From Vicugna vicugna (lineage: Eukaryota): 64,000 nt of DNA. This document shows, piece after piece, positions 1 through 12,904 of this stretch (positions within the stretch are counted from its first letter, which is position 1; every line of letters begins with the position of its first letter). The translations under genes and the position numbers were made by a program. The notes below the pieces were generated by a model that did no database searches, was not told the DNA's origin, and worked only from the letters and a program-made list of their open reading frames with translations. Location: NCBI GenBank assembly GCA_013265495.1, contig MU061578.1:2675308-2739307 (forward strand). Direction: 5' to 3'.

Positions 1-312
1 AAAAGGAGTAGAATTAACACATGCTACAGCATGGATGAAACTTGAAGACATTGTGCTTGGTGAAACAAGCCAGACACAAGAGGACAAATGTTACATGAAT
101 ACACTTAAATGAGGTGCTTGGGGGAGGGGAGAGAGTGGGAGTGAGTGATTAATGCGTAAGGAGATTCAGTCTGGGAAGATGAAAAAGTTCTGGAGATGGA
201 CGGTGGGGTGGCTATACAACAACGTGAATGTACTAATGCTACTCGATTGTAAGCTTGACAATGATTAAAATAGCAAATTTTATGGTACGACTATTTTACC
301 ACCCCAAAAAAA
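1..312 (+). mobile_element. Old L1 (L1MB-like) 3' end
   Basis: catgctacagcatggatgaaacttgaagacatt...aagccagacacaagaggacaaat...gtgaatgtactaatgctact, A-rich end. Confidence 0.8.
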
Positions 313-749
313 GTTTCTAAAGTGTGCTATTCTCCTAAGCCACATAGAAAATCAATGGAAATCCATGTGGAAAAAAACCTGAGGGAGGTGAATAGGATTA
401 GGGCTGGAGACAGAGGCTCAGCTATGAGTACCACCAGCCCACCCCTCACCCCAGTGTCTCTGTCCTACTCTCTCTCTGCCTTCAACCTAAAGCAGTTGGT
501 TGAATTATAAATTACTTTCAAATTTAGGCTTCATGACAACACTCATGAGTCCCAAAGTCACACTCTCCTGCTCTGAGCATGCAATAGGAATTTCCACCCT
601 GGCAATTGGTTCTGGTTTGGGGTGGCTTGAAGGATGTGTGGCTTCTCCTTGTAGCATCGCCCTCAAAAATGTAAGGCCATGTCCCCCAAATGACTCAGAT
701 TCACTCAGTGATTGGTGATGCATAGATTCATCCAAAACTACTTGAATCA

Positions 750-2440
750 TGTATTGGTTAGAATGCCTCTGGAGTCAAGCAACAAAAAATCTGGACTCAA
801 CCTGACCCACCCAGTAAGGAAATGTATTTTCTCATACACATGGCAGGCCAGAGGGAGAGCAGGGTCCAGGTGCCTTATGCATCTGGATAATTCCATCAAG
901 ATCTAGGCTCTCTCACTGAAACATAAGACAAGACAGCATAAACCTCTTAGAAGAAAACACAGGCAAAACATTCTCTGAGATAAATCTTAGCAATGTTCTC
1001 CAAGGGCAATCTACTCAAGCAATAGAAATAAAAGCAAAAATAAACAAATGGAACCTAATTAAATGTGTAAGTTTTTGCACAGCAAAGAAAACTATAAGAA
1101 AAACAAAAAGACAAACTAAGGAATGGGAGAAAATATTTGCAAATGATGCTACTGACAAGGGCTTAATTTCCAGAATATATAAACAGCTCATACAACTTAA
1201 TAACAAAGAAAAAAACCCAATCAAAAAATGGACAGAAGATTTAAACAGAAGCAATCCTCCAATGAAGACATACGAATGGCCAATAGACACATGAAAAAAA
1301 TGCTCAATATCGTTAATTATCAGAGAAATGCAAATCAAAACAACAATGAGGTATCACCTCACACCAGTCAGAATGGCTATCATTCAAAAGCCCACAAATG
1401 ATAAATGCTGGAGAGGGTGTGGAGAAAGGGAACCCTCCTACACTGTTGGTGGGAATGTAGTTTGGTGCAGCTATTATGGAAAACAGTATGGAGATTTCTC
1501 AAAAAAAATAGAAATAGAATTACCATATGATCTAGCAATTCCACTCCTGGGCATATATCCGGGGGGATCTCTAACTCAAAAAAATACATGAACCTCAATG
1601 TTCATAGCGGTACTATTTACAATACCCAAGGCATGGAAACAACCTAAACGTTCATCAACAGACAACTTGATAAAGAAGTCATGGTGTATTTGTACAATGG
1701 AATACTATTCAGTCACAAAAAATAATAAAATAATGCCATTTGCAGCAACATGGATGGACCTGAAGACTGTCATTCTAAGTGAAATAAGCCAGAAAGAGAA
1801 AGAAAAATACCATATGATACCACTCAGATCCATATGTGGAATCTGAAAAAAAGAAAAAGACACAAATGGACTTATTTACAAAATAGAAACAGACTCACAG
1901 ACATGGAAAACAAATGTAAGGTTACCAGGGGGGAAAAGGGGTGGAAAAGGATAAATTGGGAGTCTCAGATCTGTAGATATTAACTACTATATATGAACTA
2001 GATAAACAAAAAAGTTTCTACTGTATAGCACAGGGAAGTATATTCAATATCTTGTAGTAACCTATAAGAAAAAGAATATGAAAACGATTATATGTATGTA
2101 TATGTATAACTGAAACATTATACTGTACACCAGAAATTGACACAGCACTGTAAACTGACTATAGTACAGCAAAAAAAAAAATCTAGGCTCTTTCCACCTC
2201 TCTCCTCTGCCAACCTCAGTCCGCATTCTGTCCCGAGGCTGGTTCTCCTCCTGGTCACAGGATAGATGTGATGGCCATTTAAGGGCTCCACATTCTGCAT
2301 TCCTGCCCAGGAGGACGAAGGGAAACCCTCTCCCTCACTTAGGAAATGTAAGAGTTCCCTTCAAAAAAACTAGGTCAATTTGAGGACATATTGACCAGAC
2401 AGATAATAGTCACCAGGGTAATGACATGTACTAATTAGGT
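750..2440 (-). mobile_element. Old MaLR LTR (MLT1J/K-like), split by the L1 at 915-2180
   Basis: tattggttagaatgcctctggagtcaagcaacaaaaa start; sequence resumes after the second TSD copy at 2181. Confidence 0.5.
915..2180 (+). mobile_element. 5'-truncated lineage-specific L1 (ORF2 C-terminus plus 3' UTR plus polyA), with TSD
   Basis: ORF fragments [28 protein letters not shown] and MPFAATWMDL are L1 ORF2 C-terminal motifs with frameshifts; polyA 2171-2181; TSD ATCTAGGCTCT at 901-911 and 2181-2191. Confidence 0.95.
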
Positions 2441-2445
2441 TAATG

Positions 2446-2652
2446 CAGGGATCAGCAAACTACAATCTGCAGGTCAAACCTGGCCCACCATCTGGTTTTG
2501 TATAAGAAGTTCTACTGTAACACAGCTATGCCCATTCATTCATATACTGCCCATGGCTACTTTCTTACTAGCAGTTGCAACAGAGCACATAGCCTGCAAA
2601 GAAAGCCTAAAATGATTACAGTCTGGACCTTTACAGAGCTTTCTGGTCCCTG
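2446..2652 (+). mobile_element. MER58A-like hAT-Charlie DNA transposon
   Basis: cagggatcagcaaactac...aaagcctaaaatgattacagtctggacctttacaga...ccctg termini. Confidence 0.8.
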
Positions 2653-3019
2653 GATTAACTGGCCAGATGAGGCATAAAGGCCATTGGACAGTCAACTCCA
2701 ATGTCCGCCACACACTCGTTTATTCATTTCAGCCTCTTAGAGTAACAAGGTTCTATTAGTTTATCACCACTGGGTAAAACAGTACTTCCTTCTGACTGCT
2801 CTTGTCTCTTTTTAAACTTTGAGGAATGTCATTATTTCTTTCAATCTGGGATTGGGTATTCATGAGTAAATGGATATAACAGAACACACATGAGATCTGG
2901 AGTACATGGCCAAGCCAGTAGCCAGTGGCAACACTGTGGTGAACATCTGATGATACTGCCCACCAAGCATCCGTTCCCCTTTCTCTTGGTAAGGTCACCC
3001 CCATTTTTCCTTTAGGGCA

Positions 3020-3500
3020 TATATCAGTTGCCTATCACTGCAAAGCAAACTACCCCAAAACTTAGTGGCTTAAGACAATAATGACAATTTATTCTGCTCA
3101 CAAATCTGCAGCCTTGGCAAGGCTCAGCAGGGCAGCTCACCTCTGTTCCATGCAGCCTCACTCTGGTCAATGGAAAATTTACTTTCAAGATGGTTCATTT
3201 GCATGGATGGCAAACCGGTACTCTGCTGGCTGGAGTTCAGTGAAAGTTGTGGGCTCTGGGCTTCAGTTCCTCTACATATGGCCCTCTCCATGGGCTGCCT
3301 GGGCTTCCTCATGACATGGTGGCTAGGTTCCATGATCAAGTGTTCCAGTAGTGAGGAGGAAGGAGGAAGCTGTATCACCTTTAATGGCGTAGCCCCGGAA
3401 GTCACAAAGCGCCATCCCCACCATAGTTACCTGCCCAGGTTCAAGGGGAGGGAACAGAGATCCACCTCTCAGTGGGACGGGGTGTTGATCAGAACCATTT
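3020..3500 (-). mobile_element. MaLR LTR (MLT1G/H-like)
   Basis: tatcagttgcctatcactgcaaagcaaactaccccaaaacttagtggcttaagacaa...ctctccatgggctgcctgggcttcctcatgacatggtggc. Confidence 0.75.
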
Positions 3501-3629
3501 AACTGGAGCCATTGGATATTCCTGTTTTAATAAAAACAATTCAGTGCCATATTTTTGCCTTGTCTGTCGGCATGACCTCTTTCTCTGTATGGAGTAATAT
3601 GTTTGCAACATACCAGACTCAACCAATAC

Positions 3630-4045
3630 ATTCATTAAGACTCTGACTTGCAAATATCAGAAACACAATTCAGACTGGTTTGTATGTACCTGGGAAGCTT
3701 GAGGGGGATGGTCCTAGCTTCAGGCTCAGCTGGATCCAGGTTCCAATAGTGTCATCGGGGCTCTCCATATCTCTTTCTCTCTTTATCCCTCAGCTCAGCT
3801 CTGCTTTATTATCAGACAAGCTTAATTAAAATAGCAGTTCATAACCTTAAGACTACGTCCTACACACAGTTTTCAATACTAGTTTATGAAGAAGCATCTT
3901 TCTCAAAATCTCTAAAAAAAAAAAAAGACCTGTGGAAAATCATGATGGGCTCCATTCTTATAACATGCCCCTCCTGAACCAATCCATAGCCAGTAGGCTC
4001 AAGCCCTCTGGTTGGACAAGCTTGACATGACTACCTTGAAACACA
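3630..4045 (-). mobile_element. MaLR LTR (MLT1J/K-like)
   Basis: gactctgacttgcaaatatcagaaac...agcttcaggctcagctggatccagg...cctcctgaaccaatc. Confidence 0.6.
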
Positions 4046-5615
4046 GACATTAAACAAGCTTACTCTCCAAGTGGGAGAGAGTGGTCGACCTAGAGGAGAG
4101 GCGCTGAGCTGTCCCTTGTATCCAACGGTCAACAAAAAGGATCTGGAAAAGCCAGAAAATCACAAAGGGCTCTAAGACCATTGCAAAGGGTGATGCTGTA
4201 GGAATTTGGGAGTGGTTGTAGCCATTCCCAAATTCCAAAAGGACAGGTAAGTGAACTGCTTGTTTGTTGGTTGGTTGTGATTCAGTAAAGAAATATGTGA
4301 GATTCAGGATCTCTTGGGAGGCTTCCAGATGAAGAGCCATGTGGTTAAAATTCACTCTTGGATCCCACACTCACAACAAATGCAACCATGACTCTATACA
4401 TCTGGCATCAAGAGACAGTAATCTTTCAGTAGGTTTGAAATCTCACTTGGTGTATTTTTCTCAGCCTTGTCATTAGAGCTTCAAAGCTAACCCGAACATA
4501 CTCCTGACTTAGTAGGAAGCTCAACAACATTTCTTCCCTGACAAATCTTCACACTTCAACTCCAGCAATCTCTGGGAATGTGAGGTGACTCCTCACTGGG
4601 AAAATACTGCATTTGTCCCTTCCATAGGAAGGGCTACTGCTCACCGTACATAGTGAGGTTTTTCCAAACCCAAGAAAGAAATATGTCCCCTTTGCTCCAT
4701 AACCCGAGAAGAAAATAAAACACAGATTCTCACAAATAGGAGAAGGTTGAATTGTGTGTGTTATTCTCAGCTTCGAGGCTGCATCGATTACTTCTAGACA
4801 AAAAAAAAAAAGAGTTCCGTTTCTAATATACAATCACCCCACATCAGATTTATATACTTGAGTTTAAAGGAAGCCAAGTAAAGTTATCTGTTCTTGTTGT
4901 ACCTGATTAACCTCAATACACACATCCTACAAATCAATAGTTAATTAAAAATGTGGCACTGCCTCTGTAGTTAAGTTACCTCATCCCTCTGCAAACACTA
5001 CCCACCTTGTATATTATGAATCTAAAAGCCATGCAGGCCACCCTCTAGGGCAATGTAGAATTATGCATACAAGAAAATAAACATTCCCAAAATATTTCTA
5101 CACAGGACCTTAACTGTAATGTTTTGGCTGTACTTATAACTCAAGGCATCCTTTGGAAACTGTGTCTGGTAGTCTGCAGCGCTTCCCAAGTCTTGGAATA
5201 ATTTCCTCATATGGTCATGCAGCCCATATCTTCTGAATATTCAAGGTTTGCCCATGGCAATTTGAAGTTCTAGGTTTCCATTTTCAAATTGTGTCTGGGC
5301 TGAGAGCCTAAGAATTCACCCTCACCCTGATCTCATCCTCACCCACATCTTTAAAGCTACAAATAATCAAGAACAAAAGCAGAAGTGATTTATTTGTCAT
5401 TTCCTGGTAACTAGTAACTCTGTGTGGGTTTCTTTGTTTCAACTTCACACTCACTTCTGCCATACCAAAATCATGTATTTTACTGATAAATGTATTTGTG
5501 CCCTGCCTTATTCCAAACAGGAGTTGAAGTGGCTGAGAAAATAGTGCGTTGGAAAGAGTTCTGCCAGAATCACCGACCGTGGTAGACTCAAGCCACAGTG
5601 ATTTCTCCTGGCGAC

Positions 5616-5948
5616 CTTGGCTTCTTTCCTCCTACTGTAGATGGAATTTTTGTATATGGTGGGGCCATGCTCCACCAGCCTTCTTCTGGTAACAGATGCC
5701 CCCAACCCAGCCACTGGACTCAAGTTGGGCCAGTCATTGTATCTCAAACCTCTGGTCTACACTTGGGCAAGTTGCCCTGAAGAGGCTATCACAACTCTTT
5801 CCTGGGAGTTTTTTTACACGAGAGCTGAGAAAGGGAGATCAATTTTCCTCCTGGTGACAAAGCCATTAGGATGAAAGGCCAAGATACTTCTGCCAAGATC
5901 CCCACCATATACAAAAATTCCATCTACAGTAGGAGGAAAGAAGCCAAG
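5616..5948. repeat. Perfect 49-bp inverted repeat (5616-5664 / 5900-5948), 235-bp spacer
   Basis: cttggcttctttcctcctactgtagatggaatttttgtatatggtgggg and its exact reverse complement. Confidence 0.95.
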
Positions 5949-6752
5949 ATATAGACGTGAGAGGCAGGGAGAAAATGGGCAAAAGGGAGCTGCCCCATGG
6001 TCTGGTTATGTCAACCAACACATTCCCTTTCCTGCTTCAGTGGGTTAGGTGCCAAAGCCCCAAAGAATATCCCAGGAAGAGATGAAGGCAAGACACTCAA
6101 CCCTCTGGCCTTTACTGAAGTCAATATTCACATATTTTAACTAACCTTCAATAACCAGCTCAGCTGACAGGATCCAAAAGAACAAGAATCTCACCAACCA
6201 AGAGCAAATGCTATTGGTTCCGGCCCCTCCATCCTCCTCAGCTGCAGGAACTGGGGAAGACTCCACTTCTCCTATCTGTAAACCAACCGCTACCCAGGAT
6301 CTGACAACCAGGGGCATCTGACCATTCCTCTTGGACTTCCCAGATTAGTGTCTGGGAACATGAACTTGGCACTTGGTGGGTACCATTAGCCAATGGGCTA
6401 TCTAAAAAGAAGTAGAATCCTAGGAGACAGGGAAGCAAGTTGGATATCTGAAGAGTCTAGCCAGAAGGAAGAGATCTGAGGATCCCAGGGAAGGGGAGTA
6501 TCAAAGAGAAACAGGAGTCTGAGGGGACTATCTATGGAGGGGCGACAGTGGCTGCAGCCATGTTAGAGAAAGTCTGCAGTCTCAGGCATGGGCATTGAAG
6601 ATGTCAACCCAGTTTGGACAAACTAGCTCAGGAAAACAGAAATGATTCCTAGAAGCCACCTTGTGGCTGTAGAGTTATTTGTAATGGTCCTGGAATAACC
6701 CTTTGGCATCCACCTTTATGCCCAGCAAGCCACAGCCTCCCTAGTCTTTACA

Positions 6753-6975
6753 GTAGTTAACATGTTTTGAGCACTTTCTAGGTGCCATAAACCATTGTAA
6801 GAGCTTATCAGGCATCATATCAATTAATTCTTGCAAAAACCCTGTGAGGTATGGATTCCATTTTTATCTCCATATTACAGATGATCAGACTACAAGATTC
6901 AGAGAAATTAAGTCACTTTCACCACATCAGTGACACAGCCAGGATTCCAAATGAGTTCTTTCTGACTCCAAAGTC
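6753..6975 (-). mobile_element. MIR SINE
   Basis: aaccctgtgaggta...ccatattacagatga...cagagaaattaagtcactt...tctgactccaaagtc. Confidence 0.8.
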
Positions 6976-8464
6976 ATGATGCCGGGGTACACTTCTGCCA
7001 GAGCCCCCCAGCTGCCCAGCAAGACACCAGACTCTATCACCAACACTCACACTTCTAGGCACTGGATAGCACCTTTTCCCCAATTCTTGGACCACCAAAA
7101 TTGGATCAAGGATCAGCACCAGTTCAAAACTGCAGTTGCTGGCTCTAGCCCCATGACTGGGCCACTCTGGATAGCATCCACCCCCCACCAAAGCCTGCCT
7201 ACATTCTCCACCCACTATGTACATAGTCACTGAGAATGCTGGGGTTCACCACCCTCTCATTAAAGCCAACTCAGTTCCCCCAGCTCCACTCTGCTCAGTC
7301 TCTCTTCCCTTCCCCATCAACCCACCCCAAAGAGGCCCAGAATGCCTCATAGCCATATTCACCCATGTATTGACAAAAGGTCACAATTTTCCATCTCAAG
7401 TTCAGAGCCAAGGTCTGTGCGCTGGGCAGAAAGGAGAGAATACTTTGGCTTATTTCCAATGAAATGAAAGTACAGAGTAGAGGAGAAATGAGGAAGACCA
7501 GCCCTGAAACTGCACCAAGTCCCATAAATGACAAATGCTGTGCACGCATGTCAGGAAGCCAAGGCTATAAAAGCCACAAATGAATTAGGAAGGCATCCAA
7601 AGCAGTGATGTCATGTGAGAACATCTTTATGTAGCACCATTGCCTTACAATGAGGCTGGCATTTGCCTCCTGCTCAGAAAGTTCTCAGACCTTGTCTGAG
7701 ATGGTGCCTTCCATCAGGAGAAGAAGGTGGAGAAAAGGCAGAAATGAATCCAAAATGAATCCTGGAGTCACTACTTCTCTCAAGGAAGCCTGGGTGGCTG
7801 GGGAATACAGCCACCCTCTCCTTCTCCGTGAAAAGTGTTCCAAGAACGATGTGAGACTGGACATCTGTCAGTCTGTTGCTAACACCCCCATTAGCATCCT
7901 GAACTGCCTTTGGGGAGAAGCCTCACTGTGTACAGCCTTGGCAGGGGGCAAATCCCAAAGCCCATTTCCCACTGCCAACCCCCTTCCCAAACACCCTCAT
8001 GATGTTTCCCAACAGGACTTTGATTCTTGATAAAGGTTTGCAAATTCAAGATCAGTTCTATCCCAACAGGTAGCTCCAGCTGGCTGGCTCCAACATCTCC
8101 CCTCCCACCCACATACATACATCCTGCCCATTCCCAAGCCTGGTCTTTCTGCTGCCTGAGGATTCTACAAGCCCCCAAGAACCTTACAGTGAACTCCCTT
8201 CCTGCTTCATAGACAGGGCTAGTTGCTGTTGCTTGCAGCCAAGAATCCTGACTGAGGCACAATTCATTGTGTTCATTATGTTTTGTTTTCAGAGCCAGCA
8301 GCCTCAAGGATATTTCAAACCATGGGCATTGGTGCAATTCTATAAAAAGGAGACAGAAAACATTTAGATGCTTGCCAGGAAGAAGCACCTACAAATGCTT
8401 GAGGAAAGGTATACAAGAATGATGTATTGTGTGAGGCCCAAATTGGTGGTCCTCTCTCTAGAGC

Positions 8465-8730
8465 CTCAGGGCCTTTGCATATGATTTTCCCTGAGCTTTC
8501 CATCTGCCTAATGCCCACACCTCATCCAAGCCTCAGCCTAAATATCACTTCCTCAGAAAAACTATCATAATTGGCCATAATATACTGACTTGTTTATCGA
8601 AGGTTCATGTGCCCTGCTAGACTGTAAGCTCCAGGAGGTAAAGACCAGGGCTATTTTTCTCACCACTCTCTCCCCAGTGCCTATCAAAGTCTGGCATCTA
8701 ATAGGCATCCCAAAAATATTTGTGAAGAAA
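8465..8730 (+). mobile_element. L2 3' end
   Basis: ctcagggcctttgca...ctagactgtaagctcc...ccccagtgccta...aaatatttgtgaa. Confidence 0.75.
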
Positions 8731-8789
8731 TTCACGTTTATGGGATAGAATCACACATCCAAATTAGTAGTAATAGTAGTAGTTGTAGT

Positions 8790-8960
8790 AGTAACCCTTC
8801 ATGATACCCAAGAAGTAGATTTTATTATCATCCCTATTTTAAGGTGATGAATCTGAGAAACAAGGAGGTTAAGGAATTTGCCATAAGTCACCTAGATGAG
8901 GAAGGGTGGAGAGGGGATTTGAACCCAGGCATTCTGACTCCAGAGTCCTCTTAATCACCC
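8790..8960 (-). mobile_element. MIR SINE
   Basis: ttattatcatccctatttt...gaggttaaggaatttgcc...ggatttgaacccaggc..tctgactccagagtc. Confidence 0.8.
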
Positions 8961-8984
8961 CCACAGAGCTTTACGCAAAGTAGA

Positions 8985-9430
8985 TGTTCTGGTTACCTTT
9001 TGCTGCACAACAAACCAGCCCAAACTTGGTGGCTTAAAATGCAACATACTTACTCAGGGCTCCACAAGAAAGGCTTACTTCTGCTCTTCACAGTTTCAGC
9101 TGGGCTGTCTTGAGTGGTACCTGGAGGGATCATTCTCAAGACAGCTCATTCCACAGCCAGAGTGTTGATGCCAGTGTCAGCTGAGAGCCCAGCCAGGGCT
9201 GTGAGCCAAGGCCTCAGTTCCTCTCTGTGTGGGCCTTGCCACGGGCTGCCTGGGCTTCCTCACAGCGTGGTGGCTTGGCTGGAAGAGTGGGCCTGCAAAG
9301 AGAACCGGAAGGAAGCTGCACTGCCTTTTCCAACTTAGCCTCCAAAGTCAGAGAGCTGTCGCCACCGTATCCTGTTTGTGGAAACAGATTCAAGGGAAGG
9401 GGATCATACTCCTCTCCGTGGGGGTGTAAC
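8985..9430 (-). mobile_element. MaLR LTR (MLT1G/H-like)
   Basis: gttaccttttgctgcacaacaaaccagcccaaacttggtggcttaaaa...gggctgcctgggcttcctcacagcgtggtggct. Confidence 0.75.
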
Positions 9431-10689
9431 AAGCTTCCAGAAGGATCCATAGGATGGGAGATATTACTGCTATTACAATTGGTCACTACAAACAGGATAC
9501 TGCATGACTTCACCAGGCTGTCTTAACTTATAAACCTGACTTTAAAATAACCACCCCAACCACCCACTCCCAAGGACCCCACCTAAGAGTTTAGGAAAAC
9601 AATGGACTCAAAGACAAGAAGCTGGGAAAAGTGACAGTCACTCGTGGGGCAGGCGTGGAGAAGGGAGTCTTCCCTCACAATATTTACGCATTTTCACTTC
9701 ATTTCACTACAATGCCTGAAGCTCCACTCATTAGAAACTCATTTGAGATAACTAGTAACCAATTTAAAAATGCAAACACCTCAGGGTCTAGCCAGAGTCC
9801 TCCAAACCTTCCTGTAAATTGGATTCATCAAGGATTTCCCCCTGCCCCCTGCTGAGAGGCAGTTCCAAGAGGAGACTGGAGGAGGGCTATGGGTAACTAT
9901 TGCTAAAATCACTTCTGGATAGAGACATGGGGTAAAGAGCAAACGGAGTTCAGCAGAGGAGACAGAGAGGTAAGCTTTTTTACACATGTGAACAAGCGCC
10001 CTGGTTTGGGGCTCTGCAAATACAGCCCCAATCAAGCTACAAGATCAGTCACTCCCGGGGGGCCAAGTCACTTTTCAAAACACCCTTGCACAACTGCGCA
10101 GAGTGGCCAGCTCCACTGGCAGCCGGCAGAGCCATAATTCATGCTGTCACCACTGCCCTCAAACCTCTTCTGTAAGCACTCTGAATCAATGCAACAGGAG
10201 TAATTATTTGCTGCCAAGTGGTGAGGGCCGTGAGGAACATGGTTCCTCTCTGCTCAGAAAGCAAAAACCTTCTGGCTGTTTGCACCTACAAGAGCCCACG
10301 AGAAAAGCCCTTTTTTCTGGTGAGGCCATTAGGCTGGGCACATTTTCCCCATCGGGTGAGTTTCTCTCTCAGAGTTAATTTGCACTCTGAGGTGTCATAT
10401 GTCAATGATGCCATTCTCCGATTGAATTTTCAAAGCATCACTGCTCCCTAAATAGTCACCAGCCCTGCCCTGCAAGCCCCCATGTGACACTGAACTTAGG
10501 GGAGAAAGCTGGTTTTGGGGGGATTACAGTTAGCATGTTAGAGCCTTGGTATGGGGATGAAATTTTTTTTCCTAATCTCTGGATCAAACTCTTGTTTACT
10601 GCTTTGGTTGTTGGAAAGTGCTGGGGTAAGGATTTGCATGGGCAGTGGAAAGGGCACCTAATCTAGTATCAGGTGAACAGACATACTTC

Positions 10690-11450
10690 CCCCATCAGAC
10701 AACCCCTAAGCTGAAGACTAGAAGGTGATAAGAGTTATCTACATGAATAAGGGAGTTGGTGGAAGATTGTTCCAAGCAGAAGATGAGCATATGCAAAAGA
10801 CTGAGAGATGAAAGAATGTTGTTCAAGGAGCTGGAACAAGTTCATATAATTGTTAGAGTAAGAGGTGAAAAATGCAGAAGTACCTTGGAACCAAATCATA
10901 AAGGTTCTGATCAGTCATGTTTGTCGTGTGGACAAAGGGAGACTTTAAGCAGAGAAATAATGATCTTATTTGTGCTGCAAAAAAAAAAAAAAAGTAGGAA
11001 ATCTGGCTGGAGGATGAATGGGAAGGCAGAAGACCAGGTAGGAGGTTGCAATCACCCAAGTGAGACAAGGTGGTGGCCAAAGCAACGTTGTGGTGATGTG
11101 GATGGAGAAGAGAGGGTGGATTACCTTGACTGAGGTGGCGGGGGAAGAATGAAGGATAGCATCTAAGTTTTTTGGAAGCATAACAGATGATGGGGTGAAT
11201 TGGATCTGATGAACCCAGATGGAAGAGGAAATCAGGAAAGGAAGGGTGAGCTGAGGTCAGTGCAAGAAGGACATAAAAGTGGAGGTGACCCATATGCAGT
11301 CTGATATGCCAGAGTGGAGTATAGCAGAGAGTTCTGGAATGTAAATACAGACTGAAGAACACTGGGAGCAGGTGATGCCCTAGAAGAAGGTGCAGAGGAA
11401 TAAGAATAGAACCCAGGGGACAGATGAAGGGGAGAGAGCCATAATCAAAA
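10690..11450 (-). mobile_element. L2 fragment
   Basis: taagctgaagactagaagg...gttccaagcagaagatgagcatatgcaaaaga...purine-rich L2 antisense pattern. Confidence 0.7.
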
Positions 11451-11619
11451 CCAACCATCAGACATCTTCCAAGAAAACACTGATTGGAGGTTTCCTCAAT
11501 ATGAGTTATTCAGGACCATACATAAAGATCATATTCAAAATAACTCAAAACATTTAATGATGCTTTTTTAAAATTAAATCTAAAAACAGGAGTTCAGCTA
11601 TTGCACAGATCCCGGAAGC

Positions 11620-12560
11620 AATTCTCCAGCAAGTGTCTATCAAATAAAAAATCTGCTCTGACTCAAGAGGGTGTCACATCAAGTGTAAGAATCCAATTCC
11701 ATTGTCTGTAAAAGCCTTTCTGCCAGGTACAAGATCCTAATCCAGCTGAAGTGGTTTTCTATTGATTAACAGGCTGGGAATACACAGGTTGTTGGTTTTT
11801 GAGACGCCTTCCTTGGGTCTTCATGTGCATAATTTTCACAGTCAAACAGCTCCCGATCGTCAAAATAAAAATGACACTCAGTCACAAAGGAGGCAGATTA
11901 TAGGTCAATCACCTTGATTACTTTTTAACTATAAGGAGCCATTAATGTTACTGAATAAGCAAATCTGTTTGCATAACCAGATTTTTATAGGCTCCTGGGA
12001 ATAAAGGTTTTCCTAAGTGGATGATTTGTACAACGATAGCCTTTGGGTCTCTGGCGGTACAGCTCTGATGAGGAAATGTTCCTTTAATTATGTGGAAGGC
12101 CAATTACCACGTTATAGCCACGTTGTTTTGCAGATTGCATATAATTTCACCATTTCCATAGCTTCAGCACTATAATTCTGGAGAAAACACAGGCACCAAG
12201 AAGACACTTGAGGCACATTATGCTGGAGATGAAGATGTTTTAGCGAATTCAATTTAAGCTACAACATTAAAGTTATTTTGTTGAATAAAACATAACGCAA
12301 TAATGAGCTTGTGTATGTCAACTCTATAGTGGAGGTAATAATAGCTAGAGAGACAGCGTCCTCTCTCCCCTTTTTCATGCTCATTAGAGTAATAGATAAT
12401 GCTATGGAGAGAACCTTGCTCTAATATGTGCTTCATCTCAGGTTAAGTGTATTTCCTGCAACTGTGCTTCACGGGGATAAAAACCAAAAAGGTAAAAGGA
12501 CTAATTTGGGAGCCATTCACAGAAGTGCTACTACCTGATGTTTTTAATCCAGAGATTTCT
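11620..12560. promoter_or_regulatory. Candidate conserved non-coding element / enhancer
   Basis: About 900 bp with no recognisable repeat or credible ORF, dense in TAAT/ATTA, TTTGCAT and ACAAAG motifs. Conservation is inferred, not measured. Confidence 0.45.
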
Positions 12561-12904
12561 TGTTTCCAATGCCAACTAGGAAAGGATTTTCTTGAGATGC
12601 TCAGATTAATCACTATCTTTTATGTACTCAGCACTGGGAGGTTTGTAGGGAGAAATTGAAGAAAGCAGTAGAGTGAAGACAGAGGAAGAACATGATGGTA
12701 CAGAAGCAAAGCTATTGCAGTGTTGATTTCAATTCTGCTACTCATTAGTGAAACCAATGACTTCCCCTCTCTAGGGCTCAGTTGTTCTTGTCTGTAAAAT
12801 GGAGGAGTAGGAGGGTCTTCAAGGCCCCTGAAGGTACTACCATTCCATGACCCCCATCTGCCTATAAAATACTTTTCATTCATACTAATACAGATCTTGA
12901 CTAC

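Noticed and set aside
1015..1846. ORFs at 1015-1846 (also 54993-55205 and 59521-60109) as host genes
   Set aside because: They are sense or antisense translations of frameshifted L1 ORF2 fragments.
10853..11458. 201-aa minus-strand ORF, the longest in the track
   Set aside because: It lies in a decayed L2 fragment, has low-complexity L/H/S/P composition and no recognisable domain.
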